The notes under the pieces were generated by a model. The model was given only the letters and a program-made list of their open reading frames with translations. It was not told the DNA's origin and did not search any database. Shown piece after piece: positions 29,052-38,486 of a DNA stretch of 64,000 nt. Origin of the DNA: Ostreococcus lucimarinus (lineage: Eukaryota); NCBI GenBank assembly GCA_000092065.1, contig CP000584.1; one strand, written 5' to 3'. Numbering within the stretch: position 1 is the stretch's first letter; each line of letters begins with the position of its first letter. The position numbers and the translations under genes are program-made.

Positions 29052-31682
29052 ATGCGACTCCTCGACGGGTCGCCCTCGGCCCAATACGTCGTTTCACGCG
29101 AGCTCGTCGTTATGCTCGACGCGCCGCGCGCGGGCGTGCCTCGGCGCGTGCGCGAGCGATTCGAAAGTGCGAGCGAGACACATCCATCATCCAACGACGA
29201 ACGACGAGCGGTGTCGAACGAGCGCGACGTTGAGGTAGGCTGCGAGTCAAGATACGAACAGCCTTTTCTGACGACGCGACTCCATGAAACTGACGTGACT
29301 AACGACGTGACTGACGACGTGACTGACGACGCCTCGTCGCGTGAGCTGCAGATCGCTCGAGCATTTCTCGACGCACGGTTGAACGGTGAGCACGAATACG
29401 AAGGCTTTGAAGCGCTACTGTGCGACGAATCCGTGATCTCTCTGACGACGCGACTTCTCGCGCGCGTCGAAGAGCGCGGCGAAGCCAAATTTCCAGCGAA
29501 AATGGTTCTGAGCGCGTACATGATTTGCTACCACGCCGATGTGGTCCTCGGTGGTTCGAACGCGAAGGAGGTACCGTGCGAAGAAACGTCGCTCATTGAT
29601 TCATCCAAGGCGTTGGTTAACGCGTTCGACGCGCTCGCACTCACGATGTCGCGCTCGGGCACGTTCACAGCCACCATCACGAACGCGTTCGAGCGCGCTT
29701 GGCACACGTGGACTGCAGATTTCAAAATTTGGAAATCGAAAGACGCGTTTAGTTTGACCCAAGAGCTCATACGAATCGGTGTTGCGATGGAGTCTTCGAT
29801 GATTCGTGTGTGCGGCGCTCGCGGCGCGCTCGATTCCACAGTCGATCTCGGTGAAGAACGCAACGCGATACGCTCCGCACAATCGCACGATCGCGCGCTT
29901 CTAAGAGAGAAAGTCTTCACGCTTTCGGGTAAAAGCGCAGTCGACGAGTTCGATGCGATGATTACAAGAGTTCGAGCCGCGGGCTTAAGCGACGAAGAGT
30001 CAGCGAGGGCAAAGGATACTCGCACGGATCGGCTCGACGAACGTCGGCGTAAACGGGAAGCCACGAGCGCTCAAATCGCCGCTGCGATCGAAAAGGACAA
30101 AGAACGCGCTCGTCAGCAGATGGCTGGTGAAGAAAACGTTGTTTCGAACTTTGTCGAAATGCAAAAGGATCAGATTTTACACGAATTAATGCTGGACCCC
30201 GAGTGGAAGCTCAGAGCGCCACCAAAGTCACCCGTTGAGGACGATCCCGTACGCGAGCAGGTCGTACAAATCATGAAGAAGGCGTTCTGGGACATGGTGT
30301 ACGAATCACTTGTTCATGATACGATCGACACATCTATCGTTCGCGCTCGAATTTTCGAATGGAAAGACGCCATCATCGACGACACTTTGATTTTGGATCG
30401 CCAGACGACGGAGAGCTTGGAACTGATCCAAAATTCACTCAGCCTCATCGACGTCAACTATCTTGAAGCGAGCATCTTGCGCATGGAAAGCACACCTACA
30501 GACACATCAGAAGCTTTGCGAACCTCGCTCGATCATGGTTACACGGCTCTCAATGCGCTCGCGAATGGTTCCGTGAAGGACGATCTTAGCGCTGCGTTTG
30601 ACAATCTGACGCGAGAACTCGAGACGGCGACGAACGCGGACAAATTCACTTTATCTCGAGCGATTGCTGATGCTTTGGCGTTCTTGTTTGATTTTCGCGA
30701 GCGTATACACCAATCGATGAGCCTTGAAGCAGCCAACGAGGCGATTGATGCACTCCGCGAGACGCTCGCGGTGATGCCAGATGGCATCGAGTACGCGACA
30801 ACGCGCTTCTTGCATCGATTTGATGTGAAAGTCGGGGAGACCGAACTCGCACTTGCGTTTCCTCGCACGTGTGCTTGGCTTGAAAGCGTCGTCGAAGAGC
30901 TTCCGACGCTCGATGCGACATTTGCACCTCTTCTCGATTCTCTCAATGTCGACCGCTGGCGAGGCGTGCGTCTGAGGAGCGGTTTCGAGACTCGAGCCGA
31001 GGGCGCGCAAAAGACTTCTTCGGAAGTAATCAGTTCAACTTTACATCCGACCCGGGTCATGTCTGTGAATGGTGTTTGTCGTGTCGCCTTTGCACGATTG
31101 GTTACCAATCCCAACGCCATGATTCAAGACTTTATCCCGGAAACGCTTGAAAACGACGTGCAACGCATCGATTACTTTTGCCGTGAGTTTCAGAACATTC
31201 AAACGCTTGCCGCTTGTTTGATGCTCTCCACGCAACTCTGTCGCTTAGAGGTTTTCGTGGATGTGGACGCGCTCATCGATCGAGTCGCGGTTCTGCTCTC
31301 TTCGGAACGAGACCTACCGGCGATGTCTCGCGTCGCCGAGGTCCTCTCCGCGACGCTCCCGACGTCCGACGGCGCCCAAACCATCACCAACATGCTTCGC
31401 AAGCTCACGGGTTCCGACGATTGCGCCAATCCGATGTCTGTCGCCATCATCAAGGCCATACGATCCGCGCTCACGATTCGTCTCCTTCACGGCTTCGAAG
31501 GCGAAGCCGTTGATAGGGCGTGCGACGCCCGGCTCGCCGCAGTCTTCGCGTCGCGTCTCCGTCCTCGCGTCGACGCCATCGCTCGCGACGCCGCGCGAGT
31601 GATCAATCTACACGCCACAGTGCGCGCGCCCGTGGTTTCGGCCTTAGTGAACGACTTGCTCGCCAGAGATGATGAAATTTAA
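29052..31682 (+). CDS. T-complex-11 (TCP11)-like protein (tentative)
   Basis: Full 876-aa track ORF with ATG. Central strings QILHELMLDPEWKL and VREQVVQIMKKAFWDMVYESL resemble the TCP11 family. Otherwise helical and non-repetitive. A short 12-nt repeat encodes TDVTNDVTDDVTDD at ~29285-29335. Confidence 0.6.
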   Translation: MRLLDGSPSAQYVVSRELVVMLDAPRAGVPRRVRERFESASETHPSSNDERRAVSNERDVEVGCESRYEQPFLTTRLHETDVTNDVTDDVTDDASSRELQIARAFLDARLNGEHEYEGFEALLCDESVISLTTRLLARVEERGEAKFPAKMVLSAYMICYHADVVLGGSNAKEVPCEETSLIDSSKALVNAFDALALTMSRSGTFTATITNAFERAWHTWTADFKIWKSKDAFSLTQELIRIGVAMESSMIRVCGARGALDSTVDLGEERNAIRSAQSHDRALLREKVFTLSGKSAVDEFDAMITRVRAAGLSDEESARAKDTRTDRLDERRRKREATSAQIAAAIEKDKERARQQMAGEENVVSNFVEMQKDQILHELMLDPEWKLRAPPKSPVEDDPVREQVVQIMKKAFWDMVYESLVHDTIDTSIVRARIFEWKDAIIDDTLILDRQTTESLELIQNSLSLIDVNYLEASILRMESTPTDTSEALRTSLDHGYTALNALANGSVKDDLSAAFDNLTRELETATNADKFTLSRAIADALAFLFDFRERIHQSMSLEAANEAIDALRETLAVMPDGIEYATTRFLHRFDVKVGETELALAFPRTCAWLESVVEELPTLDATFAPLLDSLNVDRWRGVRLRSGFETRAEGAQKTSSEVISSTLHPTRVMSVNGVCRVAFARLVTNPNAMIQDFIPETLENDVQRIDYFCREFQNIQTLAACLMLSTQLCRLEVFVDVDALIDRVAVLLSSERDLPAMSRVAEVLSATLPTSDGAQTITNMLRKLTGSDDCANPMSVAIIKAIRSALTIRLLHGFEGEAVDRACDARLAAVFASRLRPRVDAIARDAARVINLHATVRAPVVSALVNDLLARDDEI

Positions 31683-31729
31683 CGCTCTTCTTCGCGAATC
31701 AGAGGCACCCGGCGCTTGAAGAATCTTCA

Positions 31730-34700
31730 ATGAAGATGAACCGCTTTTCCGTTGCCCACGCGTCAGAATTCTGCATTCAGCGACTCGCGCGGCGAGCACG
31801 CCGCGCTCGAAACGCCGCCAAGTTGTCGCAGGAGAACAACGATGTGTGCGCGCGCGACGAATCCACCGTCGCGCGCGACGAAGCGCGCCAAGGCCTGCTG
31901 TCGCTCGCGCGCGTCGCGAGTCGACGCGTCGATCGCTCGTTACGACGCATGCGCGCGTCAATCAGTCGTAGACGCTCCAACAAAGGAACGGATGGCGAAG
32001 CGTGCTTAGTTTTACACGGATGGCGAAGCAACGCCGACGTGAGCGCGCTGCATGCGCGAAGGTTGCGGCTTTTGAAGCGATTTAGAAAGGCGTCGTGCGT
32101 GAATGGCTCGGAGGAGGCGCCGCACGCGGCGGACGAGACGACGTCTGAATTAATCGATGGACCGTGGTTCTCCTGGGTCGACGACGCGAGTGATGATACG
32201 TTTGAAAATTTGGAAAGCGAGCGAGCGACGGCGTTAATGACGGCGGCGCGATCGGTGGCAAAGTTTGCCATCGAACACGGGCCGTTCAAGTGCGCGGTGG
32301 GATTTTCGCAAGGCGGCGCAATGATCACGTTGTTGTCCAACCCGCAGGTCTTAAGCATGCTGGGGATCGAAGGGGGCTATTTGTGGGACAGTGCGGTGAT
32401 TTGTTGCGGCGCGTCATCTTCATTGCTCGATCTCGCGGCGACGAAGTGGGGTATCGACGTGCGCTCGTCGGCGTCGCCGATGCCGTCGTTGCACGTGTTC
32501 GGTTTTCAAGACAAATTCAAACCACAAGGTGAAGTGCTCATGAATACGTTCCGTGCGTACGACAGCGAGGACCAATTGATCAGACACGCTCTGTATTTAG
32601 ACTGCGGTCACACGTTGCCGGCGTCGCTCGAGACGGACACTGGTTTTCACGCCGAATTCGACGCCTGGCTCGAGGCGGCGACCGAGGCGGCTCCCCGTCG
32701 TTACAGGTCAAACGAGTTCGATGAAGATGTTTTGTTCGACGACATCAAGTCGCTAGAGTATAAGTCGCTCAAGTTTAGTAATCAGCCCACCATCGAGCGC
32801 GCTGAGGCTGATATTGAGAGAGCAGAAGCGGAGGGCGCACGCGCCGCCCAAGCGACGACATTTGCTTCAGCCAGAACTCTCGCCCGAAACATCGATGTAA
32901 GCACCGCAACTGCGCCGAGCGGGAATGATCTCACGTTCAACACGCGCTGTGCGAGTTTGGTTCAGTGTAATGTGTCGCTAAAGTCAAGCAGAGTGAATAT
33001 TCTTGACTTTCTAGCGAGGGCGCCTCGAGCGTCTCCGCTTCTTCGAAGCTTGGACGGGGCAACATTGACGTACGGGCAAGCGATCGACTTCATAACAAAA
33101 GGGGACGGTGATTTACGTAAACTTGGGGCAGATTCGTCATCTGTTTTTGCGTATAATGTCCCTCCAGGCCCGGTCGGTGCGCTAGCTTTTCTCGCCGTCG
33201 CGTCGCAGTGCACCGCCGTCCCTTTGGACCCCGGCATCGCCGAGGAAGACGCCTACGAAGCCCTGACGTCGTGTCGAGTGTCAATGCTTGCGTTATTTCG
33301 AGGAACCGACACTGAAGCAATTGAAACGGCAGCTTCTCGAGCTCATATACCGATTAAATGGTTCGTGATGACGGAAGCTGATACTAAACTTGCCGGTTTG
33401 TACGCGCCGGAATCGTCTCAATCGTCAACGAGTGACGTCGCGCCGCTCGTACAATCGAGTGAAACGATCGGTCTTTTGCTTCGAACTTCTGGGACGACAT
33501 CCAAGTCAAAAGTTGTTCCGTTGGTTATCGGCGCGTTGACTTCAAACGGCGCTACGCTGGCGGCTTCTCTTGAACTCAAAGCTTCAGACGTTTGCATCAA
33601 CGCCATGCCTCTTTTTCACATCGGTGGCCTTTCGTGTTCCATCTTGGCGACGATCGCGGCGCACTCTTCTGTCATCTGCTGTCGTAAGTTTGACGCTCAA
33701 TCGTTTTATGACACCATTACGACGTCGCATGAAGTCAAACCGACGTGGTACTCAGCAATACCGACGATTCATTTGACAGTACTGCAATACGGTCAAGCTG
33801 TGGCTCGTGGCGCAAAGCCATCGCATGCTCTTCGTTTCATACGCTCTGGCGCGGCGGCGCTCAGCCATGCCGACGCAGAAAAGTTGCAACGATTTTGGGA
33901 CGTGCCGATAATACCGACGTATAGTATGAGTGAACAAATGCCGATCACTGGTAAAGGTGTCCACGTTCCGCTCGCCGAGCGTGCGGATACCGTGGGCCAG
34001 CCTCTCTGTTGTTCGTTTGCGCTCGTCGGTGATGGTCATTGCAGACTCACGGCACCTTTTGGACAGCAAGGTGAACTCGTCATCAGCGGTGATAACGTGA
34101 TGACGGCGTATCAAGATGCGGAAGAAGCTAACAATAAGACTTACTTCTACGTTGCCGATAAGCGTTACCTTCGCACTGGCGACATCGCAAAGATGGACCA
34201 CGATGGGTTTGTGTACTTGACTGGTCGTAGTAAGGAACTTATCAAGCGCGGGGGTGAGCAAGTGAGCCCATTAAAAGTCGAGGCTGTGCTCGTGCAGCAT
34301 CCATACGTGCGTGTTGCGGTAGTCTTCAGCGTTCCTTCGGCGCTTTGGGGAGAAGAAGTGGGCGCCGCGATCGTATTGACCGACGACTTTGATGGGCACG
34401 AAGACTCGGCGCTCTCTTCAATCAAGTCTTTCATGGGAACATCGAAAGAACTATCTCGATTTGAAATTCCTGTACACTGGAAATTTGTCGCTGACGAAGA
34501 TTTACCCAAAACATCGACGAAAAAGTATAAGCGTGCGGGTTTGGCCGAGATTTTAAACGTCGCGAAGAAAGTCGACGCGTGCACTTTGCGGCACTCTAAA
34601 AAGGTGACGACCCCGTCGCATGGTCTTGCAGGCTTGCGCTATTGTATGGCTGTAGGTGTGATGTTTAACCACATAGGTGCCATTTGGCAAGGCGAGGACG

Positions 34701-36391
34701 AACGTGATCCTTTGACGTATGGTCCAGCGTGGATGTCTGCCAAGGCGACGACGTTTTACTTTCCAGCGACAACTTTCTTTGTGCTGGGTGGCTTCACGCT
34801 CAGCGCCGCACTGAACGGCAAGGAAATCACAAAAGGAACATGGGGATCGTTCTATAATTCAAGGTTTCAAACACTCTTTCCTCTGTACTTGCTGTCTTTG
34901 TTTCTCGGTCTGATCAACGTCCTCGTGGTGTGTCGCCCGGAAACTTTTAGTAGCGAATTTAGCTGGCAACCACATAACGCAACGCTCACGCTCGACTCTG
35001 GGGCGTGGGCGCAATGCCAGACCGGTCCAGTGGAGATGCCCTACGGCGCTTGGCTCTTCATGACCCTCATCGTTTTCTCTTTCGGGTTGCAAACTTGGTT
35101 CCCGCTGTGGCTTCTCAGCTCGTGGTTCATGTACTACACGTGGTTCAACGGCGTTTACTATTTCATTATTCTCGTGTTTCCTTTCATGCACAACGCGCTC
35201 GCTCGCGTCAAAGGCGAATTCAAAGCCGTACTGAGATGGTTCATCGTTTACTGTGTCGGTACTCTTATCACCGCCGGGCTTTTGGGATTGTACTACGCCT
35301 TACCGGCGTGGGAAGAGCACGACGATGTCGCCAAAGTGAAGAGCTGGAAAGAAAATGTGCAGAACATCTACGCACTCAGCACAATGATGTTTCCGCCGTA
35401 TTGGGTGCCATGTGTCGGTACGGGTATGGCCGCATACTTTTGGTACGACGCCGTACGGCCAGTAGAGTCGCACAAGCGCGCGTTGTACGGCCACTGCGCC
35501 GATGTGCTCACGCTCGCATTTTTCGCCTTCCATCTCGCCCATTTCCTTGACATTGATTGGCCTTATCCGACCAACGTCACGGGCAAGATGTGGGAAGTTG
35601 TACCCGAAGAGCATCATCGCTGGGATACAGGCATCAATCGCTATGTATGGAGCGTCATGATCACTCGGTTGTATTCTCCGTTGATCGCCGTCTGGATCGC
35701 TCTGCTGTCGATACCGAAGGGCAGCCGAACGACTCGCCTTCTTGAATCAAACTTACTAAGCAAAGTGCTCGCCCCGACGAGTTATGGTTGCTTCTTGTTC
35801 CACCAGATCATTGGACAGTGGTATTGGTGGGCGACTCGTAATGGAAATGGCATCAAGACCGCAGACGTTGGCGACAAGACGTCGTGGATGTGGTGGGCGT
35901 ATCCGAAGGAATATTACTGGTTCTCGCCGCAGCCGTTACCTGTGGCGTGGTACGAGTTCTTCTTCATCGTCGGAATGACGACGTGCTTTTCGGCGGCGGT
36001 AGACAGGTGGCTCAATACTCCACTGACGGTGCTATGGATCAAGTTTATAACCTTCTTCCGGAATATTATATGGCCGAATTCGGCGAAGAGCGCGGAGACT
36101 TCGGGTAGCAGCGAGGAGTCGTCGCCTGAAGACGCGGTGATCAAAGCAGTCGCCGCGGTCACGGGCGTCGACGAACGAGTGTCTCTCGACGACTCCTTTG
36201 ATGAGATCGGTCTCGTTTCTGTCGGTCTGCCAGTGCTCGTGGGTATAATCAACGCCGGCGAACAATTCGCCGTCATCTCGGCTCAAGAAATAGCGACGTG
36301 CGCGAACCTTCGTGACGTCGTCAGAATAATCGCTTCCAAGCGTGAATCGGCTCGATCGAGTGTAGGGTTTGGAACTAGAAGCTCTCTGTAA
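31730..36391 (+). CDS. Four-module fusion protein: FSH1-type serine hydrolase + ANL adenylating ligase + acyltransferase-3 membrane domain + carrier-protein-like C-terminus
   Basis: Uninterrupted 1,553-aa track ORF (alternative ATG 31949). Hydrolase ~32000-32645: LVLHGW, GFSQGG, GFQDKF, DCGHTLP. Ligase ~33017-34564: LLRTSGTTSKSKVVPL, TWYSAIPTIH, LRFIRSGAAALS, TGDIAKMDHDGFVYLTGRSKELIKRGGEQVSP, PKTSTKKYKR. AT3 ~34619-36049: GLAGLRYCMAVGVMFNH plus about 10-12 hydrophobic helices. Carrier-like ~36119-36349: VSLDDSFDEIGLVSVGLPVLVGII. Confidence 0.85.
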   Translation: MKMNRFSVAHASEFCIQRLARRARRARNAAKLSQENNDVCARDESTVARDEARQGLLSLARVASRRVDRSLRRMRASISRRRSNKGTDGEACLVLHGWRSNADVSALHARRLRLLKRFRKASCVNGSEEAPHAADETTSELIDGPWFSWVDDASDDTFENLESERATALMTAARSVAKFAIEHGPFKCAVGFSQGGAMITLLSNPQVLSMLGIEGGYLWDSAVICCGASSSLLDLAATKWGIDVRSSASPMPSLHVFGFQDKFKPQGEVLMNTFRAYDSEDQLIRHALYLDCGHTLPASLETDTGFHAEFDAWLEAATEAAPRRYRSNEFDEDVLFDDIKSLEYKSLKFSNQPTIERAEADIERAEAEGARAAQATTFASARTLARNIDVSTATAPSGNDLTFNTRCASLVQCNVSLKSSRVNILDFLARAPRASPLLRSLDGATLTYGQAIDFITKGDGDLRKLGADSSSVFAYNVPPGPVGALAFLAVASQCTAVPLDPGIAEEDAYEALTSCRVSMLALFRGTDTEAIETAASRAHIPIKWFVMTEADTKLAGLYAPESSQSSTSDVAPLVQSSETIGLLLRTSGTTSKSKVVPLVIGALTSNGATLAASLELKASDVCINAMPLFHIGGLSCSILATIAAHSSVICCRKFDAQSFYDTITTSHEVKPTWYSAIPTIHLTVLQYGQAVARGAKPSHALRFIRSGAAALSHADAEKLQRFWDVPIIPTYSMSEQMPITGKGVHVPLAERADTVGQPLCCSFALVGDGHCRLTAPFGQQGELVISGDNVMTAYQDAEEANNKTYFYVADKRYLRTGDIAKMDHDGFVYLTGRSKELIKRGGEQVSPLKVEAVLVQHPYVRVAVVFSVPSALWGEEVGAAIVLTDDFDGHEDSALSSIKSFMGTSKELSRFEIPVHWKFVADEDLPKTSTKKYKRAGLAEILNVAKKVDACTLRHSKKVTTPSHGLAGLRYCMAVGVMFNHIGAIWQGEDERDPLTYGPAWMSAKATTFYFPATTFFVLGGFTLSAALNGKEITKGTWGSFYNSRFQTLFPLYLLSLFLGLINVLVVCRPETFSSEFSWQPHNATLTLDSGAWAQCQTGPVEMPYGAWLFMTLIVFSFGLQTWFPLWLLSSWFMYYTWFNGVYYFIILVFPFMHNALARVKGEFKAVLRWFIVYCVGTLITAGLLGLYYALPAWEEHDDVAKVKSWKENVQNIYALSTMMFPPYWVPCVGTGMAAYFWYDAVRPVESHKRALYGHCADVLTLAFFAFHLAHFLDIDWPYPTNVTGKMWEVVPEEHHRWDTGINRYVWSVMITRLYSPLIAVWIALLSIPKGSRTTRLLESNLLSKVLAPTSYGCFLFHQIIGQWYWWATRNGNGIKTADVGDKTSWMWWAYPKEYYWFSPQPLPVAWYEFFFIVGMTTCFSAAVDRWLNTPLTVLWIKFITFFRNIIWPNSAKSAETSGSSEESSPEDAVIKAVAAVTGVDERVSLDDSFDEIGLVSVGLPVLVGIINAGEQFAVISAQEIATCANLRDVVRIIASKRESARSSVGFGTRSSL

Positions 36392-36524
36392 TAAGTTATC
36401 ACACGCTAAGCATCATCGTCACTCAAACGACGACGAGTTGCGTATCCTCTCCTTGTGCTCGTGCGCCTCGCGTCCGAGGAAAACCTTTGCTCGACTGATT
36501 CAGTCACGTCACAACCCAGACGCC

Positions 36525-36662
36525 ATGAACTCGATCAAGCGTGCGATCGCGCGCGTGCTGGCGTCAGACGAGTTACACTACGCCATCATCCCCGTCATCA
36601 TCATCGTCGGTATGAACACGACGCCGAAACCGAGCATTTTGTCGCTCTTGACGCCGATTTAG
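36525..36662 (+). CDS. TOM7: Mitochondrial import receptor subunit TOM7-like mini-protein (45 aa)
   Basis: ATG at 36525 inside track ORF 36369..36662. MNSIKRAIARVLASDELHYAIIPVIIIVGMNTTPKPSILSLLTPI resembles TOM7 (HYGxIPxVxYLG...PxxLxLLxP). Confidence 0.55.
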   Translation: MNSIKRAIARVLASDELHYAIIPVIIIVGMNTTPKPSILSLLTPI

Positions 36663-36763
36663 ACGAGTGTAGAGATCTAGAGATTAGCAACGAACGAACG
36701 CATCGACCGCGACACGGATACGAGTGTAATGAAAACGAAGTGGTTTGTTACAAGTTGCGCGTT

Positions 36764-38398
36764 TTAGCTTCGCTCGCGCAGGCGTCGATCAAAGTCGGAG
36801 AGGTCGTAATCATCGCCGGCGCCCTCGTTGGACGTGTACACGGCGTCACCCACGACGCGCTGGGACGCAGCTGAGCTCGCGGCGGCGAGCTTGGCGGCTA
36901 AACGAGGCTCTGGACTCGCGATACGGCGAGCTGCGAGCAATCGAGAGTTATTGCGAGCATCGATTTCCCGGTTCTTGCCTTGGTTGCGGAAATAGCGCAA
37001 CAGCGGAACGACGAAGAATAATACGCCGTAGCTCAGTAAACCGGGGAGCAAGCCCGAGAAGGCGCGCGCCAACTCCACGTACTCTCGGGTGCGGTACATG
37101 ATTTGCGGGTCGTTAATCATCTGCGCCAAAATCACCACCCCCACTAAGTTCGCAACGCCGAGTAAACCCGCTTGAATCTTTTGCGACGGCTCGGCGAGCG
37201 AAAACACCCATCGCTCCTCTTGCGCCAACGCCTCACTTTCGCCTCTACTTCGCGCCGTTGTTTTTCCAGCGGTGGACTCCATGTTAGGAAATCGATAAAT
37301 GATCGATCCTGTGACGGTATTCACCTCTGGCGTGCCCTCGAAGCGGGTGAGCGCGGGCAAGACAAAGGACTCGTCTTCGTATCCCGCCGTGTCCAGAAAC
37401 GGCGCCAACTGCTCCGCCGTCACAACGCCCTTATTCTTTTGAATCAAGCGTCCAACCAACTCCCAACGCCGCTTTTCGAAATCCAAGTTCGGATCGCCGT
37501 CGCCGAAAACAAAACTGAAGACAGCCTCAAAAAAGTTCATCTCTCTGTCGCGTCTTCGCGGTCGGCGATAGTAGTACGGATCCCAATACCAAAACAAATC
37601 AAACGGCGAAATGTAAAAGCGCGGCCCAGCGAAGCCACCACCGCGCCGATCTGAACGATCGTCACTACTCTTGGCGCTCATGAGGGCGAAGATGGCGGTG
37701 TAGACAATCATCACGCTCGCCACGAGCGACGTTCCAAACGCCACGCGAAAAACGTACGAAGCTAAGCTTTTCGCCCCGCTCACGATCGGTTCGATCTTCA
37801 TCTTGAACGATTTCGAGCTCAAAATCCCTCGTGTCGACCTGGGAAACACGTATGTGAGATCGCCCGCGCTGGATACTTCCAAAGTCGCTCCTGTGTCCGC
37901 CGCCAGCGCGTTGAGCGCCTTTTGCGTCTCGAACACGCTCGCCCCCGAAATCGAGCTCACGTCCCCCACAGTGGCGCGATACTGCGCCTTCTCGATCGCT
38001 TTAAGTGTTTTTTCGCGCAATTCAGCGTTCAAATCATCGCTCTCCACGCGTCCTCCCGGGGCGACGGCGAGCTTGTCGTCCTCCGCGAGCGCGCTCTCGC
38101 GAGGCAGGTCCAACTCGACTCGATCGTCGTAGTCCCATCCTCCTCGCGCGCGCGTCGTCACCGCTCCATCGCGCGCGCGCGCGAAGCGCGTCTTTCGCGC
38201 GACGCGCCCGTCCTCAGCGCGCGTCGCCGCGTCGCTCGCCCGCGCGCGCGACCTCGTCGGCGTCATCTTGGACGACGCGCGAACGACGACGACGACGACG
38301 CGCGGCGACGACGACGACGCGCGCGCTCGAACGGCGCCGACCGCGAGCGGCGGCATCGCGCGCGAGTTGTGCGTCGTCGGCACCGCGGTGGCGCGCAT
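36764..38398 (-). CDS. Conserved plastid-lineage membrane protein (function unknown) with a transit-peptide-like N-terminus
   Basis: ATG at 38398 (MRATAVPTTHNSRAMPPLAVGAVRARASSSS) within track ORF 36764..38497(-). The motif NFFEAVFSFVFGDGDPN and several TM helices are, from memory, typical of a cyanobacterial/plant protein family. The assignment is tentative. Confidence 0.7.
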   Translation of the reverse strand: MRATAVPTTHNSRAMPPLAVGAVRARASSSSPRVVVVVVRASSKMTPTRSRARASDAATRAEDGRVARKTRFARARDGAVTTRARGGWDYDDRVELDLPRESALAEDDKLAVAPGGRVESDDLNAELREKTLKAIEKAQYRATVGDVSSISGASVFETQKALNALAADTGATLEVSSAGDLTYVFPRSTRGILSSKSFKMKIEPIVSGAKSLASYVFRVAFGTSLVASVMIVYTAIFALMSAKSSDDRSDRRGGGFAGPRFYISPFDLFWYWDPYYYRRPRRRDREMNFFEAVFSFVFGDGDPNLDFEKRRWELVGRLIQKNKGVVTAEQLAPFLDTAGYEDESFVLPALTRFEGTPEVNTVTGSIIYRFPNMESTAGKTTARSRGESEALAQEERWVFSLAEPSQKIQAGLLGVANLVGVVILAQMINDPQIMYRTREYVELARAFSGLLPGLLSYGVLFFVVPLLRYFRNQGKNREIDARNNSRLLAARRIASPEPRLAAKLAAASSAASQRVVGDAVYTSNEGAGDDYDLSDFDRRLRERS

Positions 38399-38486
38399 GT
38401 CGATCGAAGCGAAGGGCGCGTCGTGAGATGACGCGATGCGACGCGAAGGACGAGCGAGCGACAGTGCGAGACGCGCGACGCGCGCG

